From: an uncultured Gemmatimonadales bacterium | GTDB lineage: Bacteria > Gemmatimonadota > Gemmatimonadetes > Longimicrobiales > RSA9 | Length of the DNA stretch: 64,000 nt | Reading direction: 5' to 3' | Assembly: GCA_963816355.1 (NCBI GenBank) | Contig: CAWFKH010000003.1 | Coordinates: forward strand, 128,001 to 192,000 | Shown: piece after piece, positions 56,865 to 64,000 of the stretch | How the letters are laid out: each line of letters begins with the position of its first letter | Numbering within the stretch: position 1 is the stretch's first letter | Position numbers and translations under genes: made by a program | The notes under the pieces: model-generated | What the model saw: the letters and a program-made list of their open reading frames with translations, nothing else | Told to the model about the DNA's origin: nothing | Databases searched by the model: none

Positions 56865-59218
56865 CGGCGGAACCGGTAGGCGACCTTGAGGAAGAAGCCG
56901 TCGCTCGTGCGCTCGAGGTCGCCGAGCCGCAACAGCGCCTGCCCGGCGAGCGCGCTGCCGTAGCCGACGAACACGACGGTTCCGGGCCGCGGCTCGTAGG
57001 AGGCGAGGAGGTCGAGCCTCAGCGCGTCGGTCGAGAGAGCTGCGACCGGCTCGCCCTCCAGCAGCAGCGGAGCGCCCGTGCGCGCGTCCTCCAGCGCCGC
57101 CCGCCGCTGCGACCGCCACTCCGCCACCACGCGGAAGAAGAGGGGCCGGCTCGGCTGGATCTCGATCTTGGCGTGCGGGATCCGGCTGAGCGCGAAACGC
57201 GAGCCGTCTCGCGCGCGCGTGATGCGCTGCCACGTGGCCGAGAGCTGGACGCGGGCCCACGGCGCCGGCCGCAGGGCGACGTCGCCACTCAGCGTCGTCG
57301 CGGTCCCTTCCGCCCCTTCGGCGAAGATCGCCACGCGGCCGCGGCGGGCCTGCGCCGACGCGGAGAAGCCCTGGTAGGTGGGGGTGGCCGCCTGCACCTG
57401 GATGCTCGGCCCGGAGACGCGGTGGAGCGGAACGTAGGGCCCCCCGGCCCCCGCGCTCGCGAGCCCCGCGTAGTCGGCCGGATCGAGCGTGACGAAATCC
57501 CGCTCGAGGGCCGCCTGCACGTCCCAGCCGCCGCGCAGGCGGAACGTCCCGCGCAGGCTCTCGTTCCCCTCGATCGCGGCCGCGCGGCCGAAATCCGCGT
57601 AGCGCCAGATCCGCATCGGCGCCACGAACGTCGAGAAGCTCTCCACGAGCGCGCCGCGCGGGCCGTACCAGGTGAGGCGGTTGAACGCGTGCGCGGTGAC
57701 GATGCCGACGCGTGGGACGTAGCCGGCGTCGCTCTCGAAGCCGTCGCCGATGCCGCTGACCTGATAGTTGAAGCCGAAGCCGCGGCCCGTGCGGTCCAGC
57801 TCCGCCTTCCAGATCGGGGCGCCCCGCGTGCCGGCGGACGCGGCCGCATCCCCCGCCGCCGCGCCCGGCGCCGCCGCGCGCGTCCACGAACCGCCGAGCT
57901 GCGTCTCGAAGTAGTACAGCCGCGCGAAGACGATCCGCGTGTCCGCCGCCGCGACACGGTTGAAAGCCGGCGAACCCTGCGCGCTGCGGTCGGTGAAGAC
58001 GAGTCCGGCGACGGAGTTCGTGCCAATGTCGCGACGCAGGCGCAGGATGTTGAAGAGCGCGTCGCCGCCCCCCGGCTCGTCGAGCGCGCTCATGTAGGCG
58101 ATGCCGAGGCGGCCGATCTTGCCCGTCAGCTTCGCGCCGGCGAGCGGAGAAGCGATCTGCCGGGTGTAGACGAGCTGGTTCGGCGTCGAGAAGAGCTCGA
58201 TCCCCTCCAGGAAGAAGGGCCGCTTCTCCGGATAGAAGAGCGCGAAGCGCTCGTTCACCGTGACCTGGCCGACGTCCGCTTCCACCTGGCTGAAGTCCGG
58301 ATTCACCGTCGCGTCCAGCGAGACGCTCGTCCAGCCGAGCCGCATGTTGAGCCCGGCGTCCTGCTTCACGTCGCCCCGCTCGAAAGCGCCCGCGTCGCTG
58401 CGCGCGCCGTTCAGCGAAGCGGTCACGAACGGCTGCGCTTCGAGCACGACGCCGCGCCGCAGGTCGTGCAGCCCGTCGAGCGTGCCCGCCTGCAGCAGGT
58501 AGCTCGCGTTCGCGCGCCGCACGTCGGTCCACGTGTCGGTGAAGCCGGTGCGCTGTACCTTGCGCTCGATCTGGAGCCCCCACCGCTGCGCGCCGGTGCC
58601 CGGGAAGCGCAGGCTCTTGAACGGGATCCTCACCTCGACCACGTACCCGCTGTCCGTCACCTCGCCCGACGACTCGTACCAGTAGTCGGGACTCTTGTCC
58701 GTCGAGCCGCCGAAGATGTGCGCCGCGCTCGACGCCCCCTCTGTGCGCACGCCGTCCGACTGCACGCCCAGCGGATTCACGCCGAAGAAGAACGCACGCC
58801 GCCGGTCGTCGAACGTGTCGAGAAAGATGACGACGTTGTCGTCGCTGTCGATGTTGTCTCGATCCGCCTTCGTCGCCCGGATGCGCTCCGGCCGCGTGTC
58901 GTGCGCCACGATCCCGAACCAGATCGCGTCCGGCGCGTACCACACCAGCACGTCCGTGCGCTCCGCCGCAGGACGGCCATCGACCGGCTCGTACTGGTGG
59001 AAATCGCCGAGGCGCGCCGCCCGCTTCCACACGGGCTCGTCGAGGTGGCCGTCCACCGTCGCCTGCGCGCCCTCGATCCGCGGCACCGTCGCGGTCGCGG
59101 CGGACGCCGGCGCGCCGGCACCGGCGGCGGCGGGCTCCTGCGCGTGCGCCCGGGAGGCGCCCGCGCTCAGTAGCGGAAGCAGGAGCAGCAGCAGGATCGG
59201 GTGCGGCGCATCGCGCAT
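56861..59218 (-). CDS. CBM9-like domain + DUF5916-type outer-membrane protein
   Basis: VDGHLDEPVW, EVRIPFKSLRF, LDATVNPDFSQVEAD, FYPEKRPFFLEG, C-terminal FFLKVAYRF. Confidence 0.85.
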   Translation of the reverse strand: MRDAPHPILLLLLLPLLSAGASRAHAQEPAAAGAGAPASAATATVPRIEGAQATVDGHLDEPVWKRAARLGDFHQYEPVDGRPAAERTDVLVWYAPDAIWFGIVAHDTRPERIRATKADRDNIDSDDNVVIFLDTFDDRRRAFFFGVNPLGVQSDGVRTEGASSAAHIFGGSTDKSPDYWYESSGEVTDSGYVVEVRIPFKSLRFPGTGAQRWGLQIERKVQRTGFTDTWTDVRRANASYLLQAGTLDGLHDLRRGVVLEAQPFVTASLNGARSDAGAFERGDVKQDAGLNMRLGWTSVSLDATVNPDFSQVEADVGQVTVNERFALFYPEKRPFFLEGIELFSTPNQLVYTRQIASPLAGAKLTGKIGRLGIAYMSALDEPGGGDALFNILRLRRDIGTNSVAGLVFTDRSAQGSPAFNRVAAADTRIVFARLYYFETQLGGSWTRAAAPGAAAGDAAASAGTRGAPIWKAELDRTGRGFGFNYQVSGIGDGFESDAGYVPRVGIVTAHAFNRLTWYGPRGALVESFSTFVAPMRIWRYADFGRAAAIEGNESLRGTFRLRGGWDVQAALERDFVTLDPADYAGLASAGAGGPYVPLHRVSGPSIQVQAATPTYQGFSASAQARRGRVAIFAEGAEGTATTLSGDVALRPAPWARVQLSATWQRITRARDGSRFALSRIPHAKIEIQPSRPLFFRVVAEWRSQRRAALEDARTGAPLLLEGEPVAALSTDALRLDLLASYEPRPGTVVFVGYGSALAGQALLRLGDLERTSDGFFLKVAYRFRR

Positions 59219-59374
59219 CGTCGTAATCTTCCGGCTCGGGATCGGCTCGCAAATCTGGCGGAGGCGCGCCGGGGATTCAACGGCCAGCCGCTTGCGGACG
59301 CCCCGGCGCCGTTGAGTATTGGCAGGGGACGCGACCGAGGTCGGGGCGCGCCGAATTTCGAGGAAGGATGCGAC

Positions 59375-59989
59375 ATGTACGACTCCGAACTGCACCCCCG
59401 GCGCCCACAGCTCGGGCCGGCCCTGCGCGCGACGCTCGCCTGCCTGTCCGCGGCCGCGTTCCTCGCGGCGTGCGCTTCCTCCAGCCAGAGCGGCCTCGGC
59501 GAAGGCTCCTCGAGCGGAATGACCCGCGTCGAGACGAGCAACGGCGCCTACGACGTGCCGGTCGCTCGCGACCGCGTCGCGGCCGAGCGCACCCTCGACG
59601 CCGATCCCGACGCCGCGTGGGACGCGCTGCCCCGCGTCTACCGGTCGCTCGGCCTTGTCGGATTCGTCGTCGACTCGACCACTCACGTCTATGGCGTACC
59701 GCAGCCCGCCGTCGCGCCTCGCCGCATCGCCGGGCAGCGGATCAGCCGCTTCCTCGCCTGCGGCACCGGCATCACCGGCTCCGTCGCCGACGACTACGAG
59801 GTCCGCATCGTGCTCCTCACGCAGATCGACCCCGCTCAGCCGGGCGCGCGCGTCCGCACCCGGTTCGAAGGCATCGCCCACTCGCGCGGCGTCTCCGGCG
59901 CCAACATCGACTGCGGCAGCAACGGCAAACTCGAAGACATGATCGCCGACTCGCTGCAGGCGCGCGTCGGCGCGCCCACGCACCGCTAA
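59375..59989 (+). CDS. Hypothetical lipoprotein
   Basis: LAAC lipobox; GAGGAAGGA RBS; paired Cys (LACG, DCGSNGKLE). Confidence 0.7.
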   Translation: MYDSELHPRRPQLGPALRATLACLSAAAFLAACASSSQSGLGEGSSSGMTRVETSNGAYDVPVARDRVAAERTLDADPDAAWDALPRVYRSLGLVGFVVDSTTHVYGVPQPAVAPRRIAGQRISRFLACGTGITGSVADDYEVRIVLLTQIDPAQPGARVRTRFEGIAHSRGVSGANIDCGSNGKLEDMIADSLQARVGAPTHR

Positions 59990-60061
59990 CCGTCCGCTGA
60001 CGGTCCGCCGCGGGGCCGGCCCGCCTAGCCCGGCCCCGCGACGCCGCTCGCTCCGGTTTCG

Positions 60062-61321
60062 TCAGCGACCGGCCGGCGCTGGGTGGCGCGACGCGCCGAG
60101 CCGCCACAAAGCGTCGATCGGCAACGCCTCGATGCGCGGTCCGAGCGCCCCGTGACGTTCCCCCGTGTGCAGGACGATCCCCCGCCGGAAACGCCGCCCC
60201 AGCCCGTCCGCGAGCGCGCGCAGATGGCGCGCGTCGCGAGCCCCCGCCGCGCTGCTCGCACGCACCTCCACGCCCACCACGTGCCCCGCCCGATCCGCCA
60301 GCACGAAGTCCACGGCCTGCCCCCCCGCCGTGCGAAGGTGGTGGATGCGCGGCTCCGTCCGGCTCCATGTCGCCTGCCGGTGCAGCTCCATGCCGACGAA
60401 GTTCTCCAGCAGCATGCCCGCGGCGAGCCGATCCGACCCCGCGCGAGCCTCGCCGATCTCCGCCAGCCGCGCCAGCAAGGATGTGTCCGTCAGCAACAAC
60501 TTCGGAGATTTCGCCAGGCGCCGTTGATGGATCGTCGACCACGCCGGTACCGCCTGCAACAGAAACGCCGCCTCCAGCAGCGCCAGGTGCCGCTTCACCG
60601 TCGACGCCGGTATTCCGCTCGCCCGCGACAGCGCCGCGAAGTTCAGCAGCGCGCCCGCGCTCCGTGCCACCACCGACAGCAGCCGCGTCACCTCTTCCGG
60701 CCGCGCCACCCGCGCCATCGCCGGGATCTCCGACTGCAGCACCTCCCCCAGCCGCGCCCCCAGCCGCTCCTCCCGCTCCTCCCGCCGTACCCCCAGTCCA
60801 CCCGGGTACGCCCCGGTGAGCGCGAGCCGTAGCAGCTCGCCCCGCCCGCTCGCCCTCCCCTCCAGCCCCGGCAGCGCCTTCTCCGCGAACACCGCGTCCA
60901 CGAACCCCTCCCGCACTCCGCGCCGCTCCCCCTGCGATACGCCCCACAACAGCAGCATCTCGACCAGCTCCGGCGGCAGCTCCGACGAGCCCGGCAACAG
61001 ATACGGATCCACCCCGCTCACCAGCAGAAAACGCCCCGGCCGCGGGTCCCGCCGCGCCGCCGCCACCACCGCCGCCACCAGCCCCGGCGCGTGATGCACG
61101 CCCTCCAGCCGCACCGCGCCGACCAGCCCCGCGACGAATTCCGCCGGCGCCGCCGCCGCCGCACGCGTCGCCGCGTCCGCCAGGCTCACGCGCCGCCACC
61201 CCGCCGAAACCGATTCCGCCAGCGCGCGCTTGCCCGCGCCGCGCGGACCCGCCAGCACGACGACCGGCCGCCGCCGCAGCGCCGCCTCGAGCCGCTCCTT
61301 CAGGTTGCGATCGATCTGCAT
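60062..61321 (-). CDS. AAA+ ATPase-DUF4143 family protein with degenerate catalytic motifs
   Basis: VVVLAGPRGAGK, PGRFLL, GAYP, RRLAKSPKLLLTDT, LLENFV, VDFVL...GVEVR. Confidence 0.8.
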   Translation of the reverse strand: MQIDRNLKERLEAALRRRPVVVLAGPRGAGKRALAESVSAGWRRVSLADAATRAAAAAPAEFVAGLVGAVRLEGVHHAPGLVAAVVAAARRDPRPGRFLLVSGVDPYLLPGSSELPPELVEMLLLWGVSQGERRGVREGFVDAVFAEKALPGLEGRASGRGELLRLALTGAYPGGLGVRREEREERLGARLGEVLQSEIPAMARVARPEEVTRLLSVVARSAGALLNFAALSRASGIPASTVKRHLALLEAAFLLQAVPAWSTIHQRRLAKSPKLLLTDTSLLARLAEIGEARAGSDRLAAGMLLENFVGMELHRQATWSRTEPRIHHLRTAGGQAVDFVLADRAGHVVGVEVRASSAAGARDARHLRALADGLGRRFRRGIVLHTGERHGALGPRIEALPIDALWRLGASRHPAPAGR

Positions 61322-61619
61322 GCCGCGCAGCATCGGGGGAATGTGGCGAAAAAGCAACCATCTCCCGGTCAATCCTCCGCCACACACCCTCTCCGCGCCA
61401 CCGCCCGCACACGACGCGCTCGGACGGGCGCCGCGGAGGCGGCCCGCCCAGCGCGCGCCGGCACCGGGGCGCCTCCGGGACGGGCGCCGGCACGGGGCGC
61501 CGCCGCCCCCCGCCCTGTCGCCGCGCGCGGCGGCGGGCGATCTTGCGGGCGCGGCGGAGGGCGGCCGCGGGGCGAGCAGAGAGAGGCCGGCACAGGCGGA
61601 CCGCCTGGAGGGAGCGACG

Positions 61620-62471
61620 ATGCTGGAACGGACGCAAGCGGTGCTGGACCGCTCGTCGAAGTGGATCGTGGTGGCGCTCAGTCTGGCGGTGACCGCGCTG
61701 GTGGCGGCGCTGGACCGGGCGACGGGCTCGGAGCTGAGCTTCTCGATCTTCTACCTGGTGCCGGTGGCGGCGGTGGCGTGGGTGGGTGGGCCGCGCGCCG
61801 GGATGTGGATGGCGGTGGTGGCCGCGGCCGCGTGGCTGACGGTGGATCTGAGCGCAGGGGGCTCCGACGTGCCCGTGCTGGTGCACGGCTGGAACGCGCT
61901 CGTGCGTCTGGGCGTCTTCATGGTGGTCGCGGCGACGCTGGGGCGGCTGCGGGAGGAGCTGCTACGGACGCGCCGGGTGCTGGCGGAGGATTGGCTGACG
62001 GGTCTGGCGAACGGGCGGGCGTTCTACGAAGCGCTGGGAGCGGAGGAGCCGGCGGCGCGGGGGGCGCTCACGGTGGGGCGGCTGGACATCGGGGATCTGG
62101 AGTACGTCAACGAGCGCTTCGGCCGGGTCGCGGGGGACCAGCTTCTCGTGGCCGTGGCCCGCACGGTGGTGGAGGCGGTGCCGGCGGGCGCGCTGGTGGG
62201 ACGGCTGAGCGGTGGGCAGTTCGCGCTGCGGCTGCGCGGGTCGGATGCGGCGGAAGCGAGGACGGTGATGGAGGCGGTTCAGGAGCGCCTTCGCGAGCGG
62301 GTGACGGCGCTGGACCGGCCGGTCACGATCGCGATCGCGGCGGCGTGGTGGCGGCGCCCGCCGTCGTCGTCCCAGGAGGTGCTGCGGCACGTCGACCGGC
62401 TGATGACGGGCGTGCGCGCGGAGAACCGGCGCAGTGCGCTCGTGTTCGACGAAGTCGCGCTCGAGCGCTGA
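61620..62471 (+). CDS. Membrane sensor domain plus degenerate GGDEF domain
   Basis: Four TM segments (FSIFYLVPV); DWLTGLANGRAF, VNERFGRVAGDQLL; active-site motif reads SGGQF. Confidence 0.8.
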   Translation: MLERTQAVLDRSSKWIVVALSLAVTALVAALDRATGSELSFSIFYLVPVAAVAWVGGPRAGMWMAVVAAAAWLTVDLSAGGSDVPVLVHGWNALVRLGVFMVVAATLGRLREELLRTRRVLAEDWLTGLANGRAFYEALGAEEPAARGALTVGRLDIGDLEYVNERFGRVAGDQLLVAVARTVVEAVPAGALVGRLSGGQFALRLRGSDAAEARTVMEAVQERLRERVTALDRPVTIAIAAAWWRRPPSSSQEVLRHVDRLMTGVRAENRRSALVFDEVALER

Positions 62472-62514
62472 GGCCGCCGCGGCCGCGTGCCGACGGCGGC
62501 TCGAGGGCGGCGGG

Positions 62515-63762
62515 TCACTGGTACTGGATGTAGAGGGGGATCGGCCGCAGGCGCAGGACCTGTTCGGGCGTGAGGAGCGGATCTCCCTTCCGGGTGTCGT
62601 TGTGGTAGAAGAGCTTGAAGCCGGTGAACTCGACCGGCTCGGAGACGATGTAGTCGTGGTAGCTGGCGCGTTTGAGCCAGGGCGCGCCCCAGCCGTCCAT
62701 GTCGATGACGATCTGGACGCGCGGGTCGAGGCGGATCTGCCGCGATCCGGTGAGCATGCGGCGGGTGAAGCGGTGGACGACGAGGACCTTCGGCGGCAGG
62801 TGGTACTCGTCCACGAGCTCCGCGAGCATGCGCGCGGCGTAGTTGACGTCCGCGGCGCTCATCGTGCCAATGCGTCGGCCGGGGGCGGTGCCGTCCTTCA
62901 TCGAGAATTCCGGGTCGATCGCGAGGTGGAAGCGCGGGCGGCGCAGGAATTCGCGCAGCCGCGGCAGCTCCTCCTGCAGGGTGCCGGTGCCGACCTGCAC
63001 GTCGAGGATGACGATCGCGTCGCGGCTCTCCGCCCAGCGCGCGACCTCCTCGATGAGGGAATCGCGCATCCGCGTGCGGTACTTCCCGGAGATTCCCGGC
63101 TCTCCCTGCGCGACGACGGCGATCAGCTGCAGCGCGGGCTGCACCGGCGTCGCCGGGTCCGCCTTCTCCCACCGCTCCACCTCGCGATCCAGCCGGCGCA
63201 GCATCTCCTCCGGCGCCACCTCGCCCAGGATCCCCATGCGCGTCGAGAGCGGGTTGCCGTAGTAGGCGACAATGCGCTTCGCGGGCAGGATCGACCCCGG
63301 CAGCACCTCCGGGAGCGACACCGGCCAGCCCATGCGACGCGCGTACTCCGGATCCTCGCCCTGTCGATAGCGTTGCGGCGCGGCCGGTGAAGCGGAGCTC
63401 GGCGCCTCAAAATCGGCGCGCGCCGGCCCGGACGACTTCGCCGCCGCCGGCTTCTTCGCGGCGGCCGCCGGCGCGGCAGCGCGGGAGGGTGGGGTCGTCG
63501 CGGGCGGCGGCGGCTCTGCCGCCGCGCCGTCCACCGCCGCGCGGCGGGTCTGCGCCGGCGGCTCGACGGACGGCTCCGCCGCCCCGACTTCGGCTGCGCC
63601 GGCGCGCGCCGCACCGTCGGCGGCTTCGATCGCCGGCTGCGGCGCGTCGCGGAAGCCGCAGGCGCAGAGGAGCGCGGCGGCGGCGACGCCCGGAAGGGAG
63701 AGCGAGCGGTGGCGGCCCGGCGTGCGGGCCGGGCGCGGCACGGATCGGAGAGCAGACTTCAT
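62515..63762 (-). CDS. Conserved hypothetical lipoprotein; start uncertain
   Basis: LCAC lipobox-like, Pro/Ala linker, globular domain RIVAYYGNP...ILDVQVG...LAIDPEF...DMDGWG...GFKLFY. Confidence 0.7.
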   Translation of the reverse strand: MKSALRSVPRPARTPGRHRSLSLPGVAAAALLCACGFRDAPQPAIEAADGAARAGAAEVGAAEPSVEPPAQTRRAAVDGAAAEPPPPATTPPSRAAAPAAAAKKPAAAKSSGPARADFEAPSSASPAAPQRYRQGEDPEYARRMGWPVSLPEVLPGSILPAKRIVAYYGNPLSTRMGILGEVAPEEMLRRLDREVERWEKADPATPVQPALQLIAVVAQGEPGISGKYRTRMRDSLIEEVARWAESRDAIVILDVQVGTGTLQEELPRLREFLRRPRFHLAIDPEFSMKDGTAPGRRIGTMSAADVNYAARMLAELVDEYHLPPKVLVVHRFTRRMLTGSRQIRLDPRVQIVIDMDGWGAPWLKRASYHDYIVSEPVEFTGFKLFYHNDTRKGDPLLTPEQVLRLRPIPLYIQYQ

Positions 63763-64000
63763 CGGGCGACTTCGGAGAGGAGCGGCAGCATGCGACGGCT
63801 GCCCCGGTGCGCGCCTCCGCGGCGCGCGAAGCATGGTGAGGCAAAGATAGCGGAAACCCGACGACGCCGCGATCGTAGGGATGTCCGGAGCCATCGATCG
63901 ACCCGAGCCTGAGAGGCAGCGTGAATGATTCGTACGATGCCGGACGCCGTCCGGAAGAAGCCGACGCCGAGGAAGGGGCTGGCGCGCGCTCGAAGGGCGC

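Noticed and set aside
63921..64000. Possible CDS start at the right edge (GTG AAT GAT...)
   Set aside because: Too short to evaluate

Overview
Very GC-rich bacterial chromosome segment; gene content suggests Gemmatimonadota, which is inference only. I find about 47 credible CDSs. Most other ORFs in the six-frame track are GC-driven shadow frames. No rRNA, tRNA, CRISPR array, transposase or integrase was seen. Ordinary content: YqjM-type flavin oxidoreductase, esterase, peptidases (M28, tricorn S41, serine hydrolase), a GltD-like/korA/korB operon, PBP1A, AddAB, aminotransferase, transketolase-like enzyme and several regulators. Two features stand out. (1) A tightly coupled minus-strand operon (39383->31186) encodes two multiheme lipoproteins, a beta-barrel-like protein, a 16-heme cytochrome, a membrane-anchored 9-heme cytochrome, a Rieske protein and cytochrome b. 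Together they carry 42 CXXCH plus 2 CX4CH motifs. The operon has a candidate sigma54 promoter, repeated activator-like boxes, and an adjacent sensor kinase/sigma54 activator pair. It looks like a complete envelope-spanning electron conduit wired to a Rieske/cyt b complex. (2) A ~285-nt intergenic element (19196-19480) sits behind a near-consensus sigma70 promoter. It folds by eye into consecutive hairpins plus crossing long-range pairings, and I cannot assign it to a known RNA class. All calls come from motif reading; no searches were run.
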